A DNA stretch of 64,000 bases, taken from NCBI RefSeq assembly GCF_006345805.1, contig NC_043016.1, forward strand, positions 14,322,001 to 14,386,000, read 5' to 3'. The DNA comes from Octopus sinensis. Taxonomy: Eukaryota. The position numbers and the translations under genes are program-made. Positions 38,163 through 50,242 of the stretch are shown here, one piece after another; positions within the stretch are counted from its first letter, which is position 1; every line of letters starts with the position of its first letter. The notes under the pieces were generated by a model. It was not told the DNA's origin and made no database searches. It was given only the letters and a program-made list of their open reading frames with translations.

Positions 38163-41100
38163 TTTTCAATTTTTCAATTTTTCGTTTAGTATTGTCTCCC
38201 GATTCATACAAACCCATTTGCTAGCTCACGATTAACAGAACCTCTTTACTCAGCTACGGTGCACCCGCCCTCCCACCCCCACCACGCATGCCGGAAGTTC
38301 CTATTCTCTTCCATTCCGGGGTTGCTTCCCATGAAGACTGCAAATGCTCTCACCATCCATACCCCTCCCTACCCCTAGTCTCGACCTATGTAAGGTAATG
38401 TTCATACAGTGCAAAATATGAAAGGCTAGCGTTATGCAGGTTGTACTGAAGGCTACTTTACTACTTCATTTCTTGCACATGAATTCTGCCAAATGCGAGC
38501 TTTCTTTTCAGGTACACGAAGCTACTGTCCACCGTCCCAGGGTCTCTAGAGCCCATGCCTTCCACACCCTCAGGGTTAGCACCCTCAACGTTGGCACTCT
38601 GAAAGGTAGGTCTGGTGAGATAGTCGAGATGCTTGAACGGAGATGTGTGGATATATGTTGCATGCAAGAAATAAGGTGGAGAGGAGGATCAGCTAGGTTC
38701 CTCACAGGCAAGGAACGCAGGTACAAGATTTTCTGGGCAGGGAACACTGACGGGGTTGGTGGCGTGGGTATACTTATCACTGAGAAATGGGTAGATAAAG
38801 TAATTGAGGTAATCAGAGTAAGTGACAGAATACTTAAGATTAGATTAGTGCTTCATCATAGTTTAGCAACCATTATATCAGCCTATGCTCCTCAGTCGGG
38901 GCTACCCGATGGACAGAAAGACCGATTCTATGACACTCTACTGCAGACTACCTCATTGACGAACGACAGAGACCTTATCTTTGTGGCTGGTGACTTCAAT
39001 GGTCACGTTGGACGACATGCTGGGGGCTTCCATGGCGTACATGGAGGCTATGGCTATGGCTCCCGCAACGAGGAGGGAACCAGGCTGCTGGAGTTCTGCG
39101 ATGCAAATAATCTTATGATTTGCAACACTAACTTCAGGAAACCTACCAGCCACCTAGTCACTTACCAATCGGGCCAACATACCAGCCAAATTGACTACAT
39201 CCTTACAAGGCAAAGGGAGAGATGGCTGCTTATAAATGCCAAAACCTTCCCAGGTGAAGAATGTACCCCACAACATAGACTGGTAGTTAGTGACTTTAGG
39301 ATCAGGACTAGGAGGACAACCAGAAGACGACAAATATGGAGAAGAAGGATCTGGAAGCTTAAAGATCCTGCAAATGGACAGAGATTTAGGGACATATTAC
39401 TTGAAGCCTCTGACGAAGTAGAAGGGGATAGAGCATCACAGGGGGTAGAAGACAGCTGGACGTTTCTAAGGGACAACCTGCTGAGAGCCACTGACCAGAT
39501 CTGTGGCTGGTGCAAAGTCCCCTCTCGACCTAGAATAACGTGGTGGTGGAACAATATTGTAGACAGGGCTATTAGAGAAAAGAGACAGGCTTGGAAGGTC
39601 TGGAAAAATGGGGGTAGCAGGGAATTGTATCAGACTGCCAAAAGAGAAGCTAGGAGACAGGTTTATTTAGCCAGAGGGGAAGCAGATAAGAAAAAATTTG
39701 CCAATGTTCTGCGCCGTGAGGACCAAAGACTGGAGGTGTTTCGTGTTGCAAGACAGTGTTTGAGAGAGAATCGTGATGTGGTAGGAGAGAAGTGTGTTCA
39801 CATGGAAGATGGTTCACTTGCGCTAAATGAGGATGCGAAGAGAGAGGTTTGGAGATGCCACTATGAAAGGTTGCTGAATGAAGAAAATGAATGGGATAAA
39901 GAGAGTCTGCCGAATGTTGACCCAACAGAGGGACCAGCTATCCGAGTTGATAGTTCTGTGGTAGCTAAGGCAATTAGAAGCATGAAGACAGGGAAAGCCC
40001 CAGGCCCATCAGGAATCACTGCAGAGATGCTCAAAATGTCTGGTAGTGTCGGCTATAGCCTAGTCACCCATATAGTTAATCAGGTGATACACAAAGGGGT
40101 CATACCCAATGACTGGTGTAGCAGTATAATAGTCAACTGCTACAAAGGTAAAGGTGATGCCCTAGATACAAATAACTACAGAGGTATCAAGCTGTTGGAC
40201 CAGGTGATGAAGGTTACGGAGAGGGTCATAGCCCGACTAATTAGAGAGAGAGTTAGTTTAGATGAGATGCAGTTTGGGTTTGTGCCAGGGAAAAGTACTA
40301 CTGATGCTATATTCCTGGTAAGGCAGCTGCAGGAGAAATACCTAGCCAAAGATAAGCCCCTGTACCTGGCTTTTGTTGACATGGAGAAAGCCTTCGACAG
40401 GGTCCCCCGATCCCTTATCTGGTGGGCAATGAGAAAACTAGGGATAGATGAATGGTTAGTGAGAGCTGTGCGGGCCATGTATAGGGACGCCGCTAGTAGG
40501 GTGAGGGTTGGAAATGAGTACAGTGAAGAATTCCGGGTAGAGGTAGGGGTCCACCAAGGCTCAGTACTCAGCCCCCTCCTATTTATCATAGTCCTCCAGG
40601 CAATAACGGAGGAATTCAAGACAGGATGCCCTTGGGAGCTCCTCTATGCTGATGACCTTGCTCTAATTGCTGAGTCGCTATCAGAACTGGAGGAGAAGTT
40701 TCAGGTGTGGAAACAAGGATTAGAATCGAAGGGCCTCAGAGTCAATCTAGCTAAAACCAAAGTCGTAATCAGTAGGAAGGTAGAAAAATCACAAACACCT
40801 TCAGGTAGATGGCCCTGCTCGATCTGTAGAAAAGGTGTAGGTAGAAACTCTATAAGATGCACCAAGTGTAAGCTATGGACACATAAGAGATGCAGCAATG
40901 TCAAAGGAAGGCTAACTAGGAAGATGGTTTTTGTATGTGGCAGATGCTCAGGAACAATAAACACTGAAAATGCTCTGAGACCAACTTCCGTCACTTTCCA
41001 GGGAGAAAAACTAGAAATAGTTGATAGTTTCCGTTACCTAGGTGACCAAGTCAGCAGCGGGAGTGGGTGTGCTGAAAGTGTAACTGCTAGAGTAAGAATA

Positions 41101-42218
41101 GCTTGGGCAAAGTTCAGAGAGCTCTTACCTCTGCTGGTGACAAAAGGCCTCTCGCACAGAGTGAAAGGCAGACTGTATGATGCGTGTGTACGAACAGCCA
41201 TGCTACATGGCAGTGAAACATGGGCCGTGACTGCTGAGGATATGCGTAAGCTCGCTAGAAATGAAGCCAGTATGCTCCGATGGATGTGTAATGCCGGTAC
41301 TCACACTCGGCAGAGTGTAAGTACCTTGAGAGAAAAGCTGGACCTAAGAAGCATCAGTTGTGGTGTGCAAGAGAGACGTTTGCGCTGGTATGGTCATGTG
41401 GCGAGAATGGATGAAGATAGTTGTGTGAAAAAGTGCCACACCCTAGCGGTTGAGGGAACCTGTGGAAGAGGCAGACCCAGGAAAACCTGGGACGAGGTGG
41501 TGAAGCACGACCTTCGAACTTTAGGTCTCACTGAGGAAATGACTAGAGACCGAGACCTCTGGAAGTGTGCTGTGCGCGAGAAGACCCGGCAGGACAAGTG
41601 AGTCCACAACCCGTGGCCTTCTACATGGGATGGAGCCAGCCTACGTATGCATACCTTCCCTTCTTGGGACACAAAACTCTACTTGTGAAGACGTGTTGAG
41701 GCAAGTGAGGATCAGAATCGAAATCGATCAATGGAAATTGCGGATGTGCTACCAGTGCCGGTGGCATGTCGAAACTCTGCTTGTGAAGACCCATTGAGGC
41801 AAGTGAGGATCAGAATCGAAATCGATCAATGGAAATCGATCAATGGAAATTGCAGATGTGTTACCAGTGCCGGTGGCATGTAAGAGAACTTTCCGTTTCG
41901 CGACCGTTGCCAGCACCGCCCCGTTTCGTATCCGTTGCCAGCCTCGCCTGGCCCTCGTGCCGGTGGCACATAAAAAGCACCATCCGTTCGTGGCCGCTTG
42001 CCAGCTCTGTCTGGCACCAGTGCGGGTGGCACGTAAAAAGCACCCACTACACTCACGGAGTGGTTGGCGTTAGGAAGGGCATCCAGCCGTAGAAACACTG
42101 CCAGATTTGACTGGGCCTGATGAAGCCTTCTGGCTTCACAGACCCCAGTAGAACCGTCCAACCCATGCTAGCATGGAAAACGGACGCTAAATGATGATGA
42201 TGATGATGATGATGATGA
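38162..42218 (+). mobile_element. Apparently full-length RTE LINE (5' region, ORF, ~600-nt 3' UTR, (GAT)n tail)
   Basis: Starts after an (AT)n tract and ends ...ccaacccatgctagcatggaaaacggacgctaaa(tga)n. The 5' boundary is approximate and no TSD was seen. Confidence 0.85.
38434..41601 (+). CDS. RTE-clade LINE ORF: APE endonuclease + reverse transcriptase with inserted PHD-like finger
   Basis: Uninterrupted 1055-aa ORF. EN motifs TLNVGTL, QEIRW, SAYAPQ, GDFNGH, QIDYIL; RT motifs KAPGPSG, NYRGIKLL, FVDMEKAFD, GVHQGSVLSP, YADD (40645-40656), FRYLG; RTE-type C-terminus RLRWYGHV...GRGRPRKTW. Confidence 0.95.
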   Translation: MQVVLKATLLLHFLHMNSAKCELSFQVHEATVHRPRVSRAHAFHTLRVSTLNVGTLKGRSGEIVEMLERRCVDICCMQEIRWRGGSARFLTGKERRYKIFWAGNTDGVGGVGILITEKWVDKVIEVIRVSDRILKIRLVLHHSLATIISAYAPQSGLPDGQKDRFYDTLLQTTSLTNDRDLIFVAGDFNGHVGRHAGGFHGVHGGYGYGSRNEEGTRLLEFCDANNLMICNTNFRKPTSHLVTYQSGQHTSQIDYILTRQRERWLLINAKTFPGEECTPQHRLVVSDFRIRTRRTTRRRQIWRRRIWKLKDPANGQRFRDILLEASDEVEGDRASQGVEDSWTFLRDNLLRATDQICGWCKVPSRPRITWWWNNIVDRAIREKRQAWKVWKNGGSRELYQTAKREARRQVYLARGEADKKKFANVLRREDQRLEVFRVARQCLRENRDVVGEKCVHMEDGSLALNEDAKREVWRCHYERLLNEENEWDKESLPNVDPTEGPAIRVDSSVVAKAIRSMKTGKAPGPSGITAEMLKMSGSVGYSLVTHIVNQVIHKGVIPNDWCSSIIVNCYKGKGDALDTNNYRGIKLLDQVMKVTERVIARLIRERVSLDEMQFGFVPGKSTTDAIFLVRQLQEKYLAKDKPLYLAFVDMEKAFDRVPRSLIWWAMRKLGIDEWLVRAVRAMYRDAASRVRVGNEYSEEFRVEVGVHQGSVLSPLLFIIVLQAITEEFKTGCPWELLYADDLALIAESLSELEEKFQVWKQGLESKGLRVNLAKTKVVISRKVEKSQTPSGRWPCSICRKGVGRNSIRCTKCKLWTHKRCSNVKGRLTRKMVFVCGRCSGTINTENALRPTSVTFQGEKLEIVDSFRYLGDQVSSGSGCAESVTARVRIAWAKFRELLPLLVTKGLSHRVKGRLYDACVRTAMLHGSETWAVTAEDMRKLARNEASMLRWMCNAGTHTRQSVSTLREKLDLRSISCGVQERRLRWYGHVARMDEDSCVKKCHTLAVEGTCGRGRPRKTWDEVVKHDLRTLGLTEEMTRDRDLWKCAVREKTRQDK

Positions 42219-42626
42219 CACCCTGTTGAACCGTTAAACCCTACACATTTTTTTCTCTCTCTCTTCTTTCCTCAATCCTTTCTGTCAAAGAGCATAGGCT
42301 CGAACTGTCATAAACTTTTTCACTCTTCCTGAGTATCAAACTAATGCACATACTCATTGTTCCTTTACTTGTTTTCATCTTTTGTTTTCTGTAAATTTGA
42401 ACTTTATACATATATGTATGCGTGTGTGTGTGTATATATCATCATCATCATTTAACGTCCGTTCTCCATGCTAGCATGGGTTGGACGGTTCAACCGGGGA
42501 TCTGGGAAGCAAGAAGGCTGCACCAGGCTCCAGTCTTATCTGGCAATGTTTCTACAGCTGGATGCCCTTCCTAACGCCAACCACTCCGTGAGTGTAGTGG
42601 GTGCTTTGTACGTGCATATATGTATG

Positions 42627-42679
<53 letters not shown>

Positions 42680-43309
42680 TAGCTCATGTTTTGCTAATCC
42701 AATAACAACAATACAAAGTATGGCTTTTGGGCATTTACATAGAATACCAAACTGTCTTACACATGATCTTGTTTTTAGGAATTCCCAATAAGTTATGAAT
42801 ACCCAAATTGTTAAGTCAGTTATGTAATAACATGAAATTAGTTACCCGATAGTAAGAATTCAAATAAAGTAGTCCCGAAAAGGGCTTTAATGCATTCCCA
42901 GAGTATATAGAACATTGGAGGAAATACTAATAAGGTATGTATACTAAAATCATGTAATAACAGGCTAATCAGATATGAGGTAATAACAATTCAAAGTAAT
43001 TAACTCTAAAAAAGGCTTTTGTGCGTTCCCAGAGAATATTACCCTCAGTGGCACTAGTGTTGATATATTCGTGAATAAGTCACTAACCAAAATAAGTGGA
43101 TCTGTTGTTTAGGAATATTATTTACTTGTTTAAGGGTTGTACTGGATAAATTGTGAAAATAACTCTAACAGTTCAAATACTAAGAAATAAGCAAACTCAA
43201 TTTGATTTGTACCAAATAATTTAGGAAAATCATTGGGTTATTTCCCTTGGCTATATATAAAAAGCCCTTCCAGGGGCAAATGAGTTATTTCCCTTGGCTT
43301 TTAAAATAA

Positions 43310-44880
43310 AATTTCTATCTAAAGCATCACCTTTACCTTTGTAGCAGTTGACTATGGTACTGCTACACCAGTGATTGGGTATGACTCCATCATGAACTAC
43401 CTGGTTTATAGTATAGGTGACTAGGCCATAGCCCACACCACCAGAGGTTTTAATCATCTCAGCAGTGATTCCTGATGGGCCAGGGGGTTTTCCTAGTTTC
43501 ATACCCTTAACTGCTTTATCTACTAGGGAGCTGTCTATTCGGATAGCTGGTCCCTCTACTGGATCAACATTTGGCAGGCTCTCCTCCTCCCATTCATTCT
43601 CCACATTCAGTGGCCTCTCATAATGGCTTCTCCAAGCCTCTTTCTTTTCCGAATCATTAAAAGCAAGTGCACCATCATCCATGCAGACACATTTCTCTCC
43701 TGTGACATCACAATTTTCTCTCATGCACTGTCTTGCAATCCAGAATACCTCAGTTCTTTGGTCCTCATGTCGCTGCACATTGGCAAACTTCTTTTTTGCT
43801 TCACCCTTGGCTATGTATACTTGTCAACCAGCCTCCCCTGATACCCCCACCATTCCAGGCTTTTCTTTGCTCTGATGGCTTTGTCTACCGTATTATTCCA
43901 CTACCATGTTATTCTAGGTCTGGAAGGGACTTCACACCATCCACAAACTTGGTCTGTGACACTCAGTAAGTTGTCCCATAAGAACATCCAGCTACCTTCT
44001 ATATCCGAGGACTGTAGTTCCTCCCCCCCTCTCTTCAAATTCCTTGATGAGGATGTTCATAAAGCTCTGACCATATGAAAGGGTCTTTAGCTTCCAAATC
44101 CTTCTCTTCTGGATTGGTCTGCTTCTAGGTATCTTCCTGGTCTCAAGTTGAAAGTCACTAATGACTAGTCTATGCTGTGGGGTGCATTTCTCACCTGGGC
44201 GAATCTTTGTATTTAAGAGCAACCCTGCGTCCTGCTGTCTGGTGAGAATGAAATCAATCTGGCTAGCAGAGTCCCTTGATTGATAGATTATCATGTGGCT
44301 GTTTGGCTTCCTGAACTTAGTGTTGCAGATTAAAAGGTTACATGCATCACAGAACTCCAGTAGCTTAGTTCCCTCATCGTTCCAGGAACCAATACCATGA
44401 CCCCTGTGTACACCAGTGAAGATACCAGATTTCCACCCAACATGCCCGTTAAAATTTCCAGTCGCAAAGGCGATGTCATTGCCACTCATCTTTGAGGTAG
44501 CCTGTAGAAGGGTATCATAAAAGTGGTCCTTCTGATCATTTGGTAGCCCCACATGTGGGACATAAGCGGAGATAATTGTAGCTGTGCTGTTCTGCAGGAC
44601 TAGCCTTAGTTTAAGTACTCTATCACATACCCTAACGACCTCTATGACCTTATCCACCCATTTCTCCACAAGGAGTATGCCTACACCCCCTATACCATCC
44701 ATGTTACCTTGCCAGAAAACTTTATACCTATGTGCCTGTGATGACTCTAGCTGAAGCTCATCTCCTTCTTACCTCTTGTATGCAGCATACATGATCCTGT
44801 CTCCTTTCAAGCATCTCTACAATCTCACTAGACCTACCATTCAATGTGCCTACATTGACAGTGTCAACTCTGAAAACTGG
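43310..44880 (-). mobile_element. Degenerate RTE LINE, endonuclease and early RT part
   Basis: ORFs 43992-44702 and 43251-43778 parallel the intact ORF (GVGILLVEKWVDKVIEV, SQIDFIL, KPPGPSGITAEM) with frameshifts. Confidence 0.9.
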
Positions 44881-45755
44881 GAAGGGAATGAGGGGTGGGG
44901 CTTGGGGAGGAGAGATGTTATATATATATATATATATATATAAGTTTGAAAATAGAGAGATTCAGTGGATATAAATTAATTTATTAATTAATTAACATTC
45001 TCTGCAATTGTTTCACTTCACACCCAATTTAAATTGCAAAACATATATAATACAAGTTTGCATTTTGAGAACCCTGGGTGGAAGATCTTCAAGGCAAAAT
45101 GGACATTACAGAGTTTACATTTTGCACAATTGAAATACTCCAACAGACTAAGCAGATAAAAGCGTGTTTGTTATGTGTATGTGTGTGTGTGTGTGTATGC
45201 GCATTTGCATGCATTAATGTTTTTATTTATATTTATAATGATATAATAATAATAATAATGAATTAAAGTATATGAGAATAAAAATAAAGGATAAAAATAA
45301 GGATTAATAATAAATAATGAAAATAATGAAATATTATATTCATAATAAAAGTGAATAAAATAAAAATGAAATATAATTTTTTTTTACAAAACATGGATGT
45401 TGATGGTTCATTTTGGTTTATGTGTGAGCGTATGTTCACATGTCTATATGTGTGCTCATATGTGTATATATGTATGTTTACTGCCTAAGTTAATTTATGT
45501 GTATGTGTATGTCAGTTTCAGGTTATAGAATACAAGTCTGGATACCATATAAGTGTGTGTGTGTGTATGTATATATATATATGTGTTAGGAAGAGTCATT
45601 TTATTTTTTTTTGTTGCTTGGTACTCCATCATCATATGTCTGAAATGAGGTAAAATTCTTTAAATTTCAAAAACAATAAGCAAAAGTGATATAGGAAAAA
45701 TAGAGTAAAAAGAAAACTTAAAACAAAAGGATAAAAATATTCATGTTATTTCAAA

Positions 45756-46150
45756 TCTCTCTATATATAAAGCTGAAGTTGTCTGTGTATGGCAGGTTTG
45801 GTAGCCTTCAACTATCACTATGTCCTTTGAGACCCTGCGGCGCAAGTTGACCAAAATTGAGAGTATGATAGAAGAAGTCTTGCTCTACCTTCCGTAGAAG
45901 AAAAAATTAAAATAAGACTATGTTAACACCAAAAATTATTTACATTAAAAAGGTGCTTTTTTTTTCCCATGAAAATCACTATTTTTAAAGATTTTTTTAC
46001 TGCTTTATCGCCATTTTTCGGTGTATTTCAACCAGAAAAATGTTCACTTAAAGAGAATAACAAGCTACACAATGCAAAATTTTTACTTTTCAAAAATTCC
46101 AATTCTAAAGGGTCGAAACAAACCCAAGCAAGGCCAGGCGATACTGCTAG
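45756..46150 (+). mobile_element. Non-autonomous Helitron-like element
   Basis: A|TC...CTAG|T boundaries and a GC-rich subterminal stretch; ends shared with 5280-5675. Confidence 0.75.
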
Positions 46151-46702
46151 TTGCATATAAAAGAAACAAAGAAGTTTATCTGAGAACCCAATACATTTTT
46201 ACCTAACAAATTCACCGCATTCTTTGTTTCCAGGAATAAATTCCCCTTTGGATTGTTAATCCAATTATTTCATTTTTGACTTTAAGTGAGATTTTCTAGT
46301 TTTGTATTTAATTTTAATGAAACATATAAATGTTATTTGAATTTAATTTTAAATTACTCAAAATGATTCCAAATTCGTAGTTGCTAGTAGACATATTTAA
46401 GGGCATTTTTCAAACCTCATGTCAAACTGTTGTTGGTAACACCTGTTAGCAGTATGACAGGTGTTTGTAAAATTATAGTAAGACTACTTGATTTATCCCA
46501 GTGTTTTATCACCTCTCTTCCTCCAGTTTTAACCACACATCTCCTTTGCAAAAAATGTCTTTCTCACTCACTCTTTCTCTCTGTCACTCACACATACATA
46601 CAGTTTCTCACCACATATATGAAATTATTAGGTTTTCCAGTTATTTAATCCCTGATTGTACATCATAAACTGAATGTGCCCCTGGTTTGTTATGAGTTTA
46701 TA

Positions 46703-47117
46703 GGTGCAGGAGTGGCTGTGTGGTAAGTAGCTTGCTTACCAACCACATGGTTCCGGGTTCAGTCACACCGCGTGACATCTTAGGCAAGTGTCTTCTACTA
46801 TAGCCTCGGGCCGACCAGTGCCTTGTGAGTGGATTTGGTAGACAGAAACTGAAAGAAGCCTGTCGTATATATGTATATATATATGTATTTGTGTGTATGT
46901 TTGCGTGTCTGTGTTTGTCCCCCTAGCATTGCTTGACAACCGATGCTGGTGTGTTTACGTCCCTGTCACTTAGCGGTTCGGCAAAAGAGACCGATAGAAT
47001 AAGTACTGGGCTTACAAAGAATAAGTCCCGGGGTTGATTTGCTCGACTAAAGGCGGTGCTCCAGCATGGCCGCAGTCAAATGACTGAAACAAGTAAAAGA
47101 GTAAAAGAGTAAAAGAG
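46703..47117 (+). mobile_element. tRNA-derived SINE family A, full copy. Others at ~1-230, 9395-9695, 20920-21278(-), 23660-24090, 27781-28400, 34665-35072(-), 35916-36296(-), 36440-36712, 47357-47770, 51560-52398(-), 55905-56335(-), 60945-61318(-), 61665-62110(-)
   Basis: Box A-like tggctgtgtggtaa, box B-like ggttcagtc, internal (TA)/(TG) microsatellite, (gtaaaaga)n tail; more than a dozen copies in the window. Confidence 0.85.
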
Positions 47118-49120
47118 GTTCCCAAAGTCAGTTAATATCACTGTATCACTATATCAACCAGACTGTCAAATGTTGTTACGTGCCACTGGTTACAAATACA
47201 GCTACAAAATATGATTTAAAACAAGGATCAAATTTGTCCTTTTAACACTCTTTTATCAGTCACTTTTGTTGGACTGCTAAGTTATAGGAATGTACATCAT
47301 TCCAAAAGACCCAATTTTGTTTCCAGCTGATTCAGTCTATGACTTACAATCATAGGCACAGACTTAGCTGTATGGTCTTGCTTCCTAACCATGTGGTCCT
47401 GGGTTCAGTCCCACTGCATGGCACCTTGAGCAAATGTCTTCTCCTATAGCCTCAGTTTGACCAAAGCCTTGTGATGGAAACTGAAAGAAGCCTGTCATAT
47501 GTATATATATATATACACACACACATGCATGTGTGTGTGTGTGATTATGTGTGTGTCTTTGTGCTTGTCCCCCACCATCACTTGACAACCAATAATGGTG
47601 TGTTTACATTCCTGTAACTTAGCAGTTCAGCAAACAAAACTGATAAAATAAGTATTAGTATTTGAAAGAAAAAATAATAAATACTGGGGTCAATTCATTT
47701 GACTAACATTCTTCAAGATGGTGTCCCAGCATGGCCATGGTCTAATGACTGAAACAAGTAAAAGATAAAGGATATAATTGTATCACACAACACAATAATG
47801 TGTTATGTTATTGTAAAAATGTTGAAAACCAATAGATTTACTCTGGTCCTCATTTCTGAACAGTTAATATACAGAGCAATGAGGAGTTGAATCATCATCA
47901 TCATCATCATCACTTACTGCCTGTTGTCCATGCTGGCATGAGTTGGACAGTTTGACCAGGGCTGGTAAGCTGGAAGGCTGCACCAGACCTCTGTCTGATT
48001 TCACATGGTTTTGCTATGGCTGGATGTACTTCCTAATGCCAACAATTCCGAGAGTGTAATAGGTACTTTTACATGTCACTGGCACAGGGGGTGCCATTTG
48101 CGTGACACTGGTATATGTTATGACTGCACTTTTACTTGGCTTGATGAGTCTTCTTTTCAAGCACAACATAATGCCAAAGGTCTTGGTCATTGCCTTCATG
48201 AGGCCCAACACTCAAAAGGAATGATGTACATTCCTATAACTTAGCAGTCCAACAAAAAAGACTGATAAAAGAGTGTTAAAAGGACAAATTTGATCCCGTG
48301 CCACTGGTATCAGCCATTATGCCTCCATGAGGCCCAATGCTTGAAAGGTGGTGGATTTTAGGTGCCACTGGCATGAGTGTCAGTTATGTGACACCAGCAT
48401 CAGCCACGACTACAATTTCACTTTTGCTTGACGGGTCTTTTCAAGCACAGCACATCACCAAAAGTCTTGGTCACTAGTCATTGCTTCTGTGAGGCCCAAA
48501 GTTTGAAAATCTATTCATTCAAGTATGTTTAAGCAACTGAAAAGAATAAATATATCTTTACAGCATTTTCCATTTCTATTGGAGATAATCCATATTGTAA
48601 GAGATATTGTACATTCAAAAGTGGCCAGTCTACTTTCACAGTTGAGTTGTATAGAAATATTTGTGTAAACCAATCTATCTTTCAGTCTACTTATTGGCTT
48701 ATATTTTTATCTGTGCAAGGTCAGTAGCTTGACTAAATATAATACTGCATTTGGCTAGATACTCAGGTGTATCCAAATAGGTTTATAAATATATAACCAC
48801 AAGTACTAAGATGCTTAAAATAGTTTTGGGATTAGAAACAATATTATATATTTTTAAAAATCTTAATTCTGAAAATCTTACTTCTGCAGAATTTGGCTCT
48901 GATTCTAAACTTGTATGAACTTGTTCACTTGATAAAATTCAAGGTAATCTTTGAAACTCGACACAAAGCATCTAAATGAATTAAAGATAATACACATTAT
49001 AGATTAAGAGTGTTGTAAACCAATGCACTTGTTCCAGTTCTCATTTCAGGACAGCTAATAAAAATATTTCTGACAGGGCAATGAGGAATTGAATACTTCT
49101 AAGTATTCATGGATGTTTAA

Positions 49121-49254
49121 CCCTTTTGTTACCAACTGGCTCTGTCTTGTTTTCAAAAGTCCTGAATTAAAATATTTTACTAAATTCTTTGTTATATTTA
49201 AAATTAATTGAAAGAAACACAGAGCATCTCAACAGAAATATGGTAACAAAAGGG
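49121..49254. mobile_element. piggyBac-like MITE (TTAA-CCC...GGG-TTAA); related copies at 49286-49505 and 63150-63363
   Basis: TIR cccttttgttacca / tggtaacaaaaggg, TTAA flanks, internal sequence shared among three copies. Confidence 0.75.
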
Positions 49255-50206
49255 TTAAAATATATAATAGAGAAACAATTCTTAACCCTTTTGATAACAA
49301 CCCAGCTGAAACTGCCTCTGGCTCTGAGTATAAAAGTCTTGTTTTCATAAGTTTTGAATTAAAATCTTCCACCAAACCTTAGTCACAATTTAGGTTCCTA
49401 ACATTAGCTTAATCATAACTAAGTTATTTTACTAAATTCTTTGTTATATTTAAAGTAATTGAAAGAAACACAAAGCATCTCAACAGAAATATGGTAATGA
49501 CAGGGTTAGACAACTGAAAATGTAACCAAAATATACAAAGAAATGAACAACAATGTTTTAGAAGATGAATTGTTTGTTATTTCGGTGACACGTTAAATTT
49601 CAATGAAAATTTTAAAATAAATTGTAAAGAAAAAACAAACTATTCAAGCAACATTAGTGTTTGGTTTGGAATAAATGATCCATGCTACTGTAGTTGTATT
49701 TGGAACCAATGGTGTATAACATCTGACAGTCTGGTTGATACAGCAACATTAACTAACTTTGGGTACCTTGTTATAAACTCATAACAAACCAGTTTGACAT
49801 TCAATCTATGACTTACAATCAAGAATCAAATCTGTCCTTTCAACAATTACTCCTTTATAAACTAAGTAAAGGTGCATGGCTTAGTGGGTAGGGTATTCGG
49901 TTCACAATCGACAGGTTGTGAGCTCAATTCCTGGCAGTTCATTGTATCCTTGAGCAAGACACTTTATTTCACATTTCTCCAGTAGTACCTGTATTTCAAA
50001 GGGCCGGTTTTGTCACATTCTGTGTCACACTGAATCTTGTTGAGAACTACGTTATGGGTACACGTGTCTGTGGAGTTCTCAGCCACTTGCACATTAATTT
50101 CACAAGCAGGCTGTTCCGTTGATTGGATCAACTGGAACCCACATCATCGTAAGCGATAGAGTGCCTTTTTATTAGCATTTTTTCTCTCTTTGTTTTTTCT
50201 GTATCC

Positions 50207-50242
50207 CTTTCTGTAGAAGAGCGTAGGCTCGAAACGTAAAAG
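50207..50242 (+). ncRNA. Hammerhead-like variant in a ~160-bp repeat (copies 14077-14225(-), 42250-42405, 50178-50335)
   Basis: cuuu-CUGUAGA-a-gagc(guag)gcuc-GAAA-cg-UA-aaag. Confidence 0.5.

Noticed and set aside
38162-38340. HDV-like ribozyme expected at the 5' end of some RTE elements
   Set aside because: The nested double pseudoknot could not be built by eye; needs a descriptor search.
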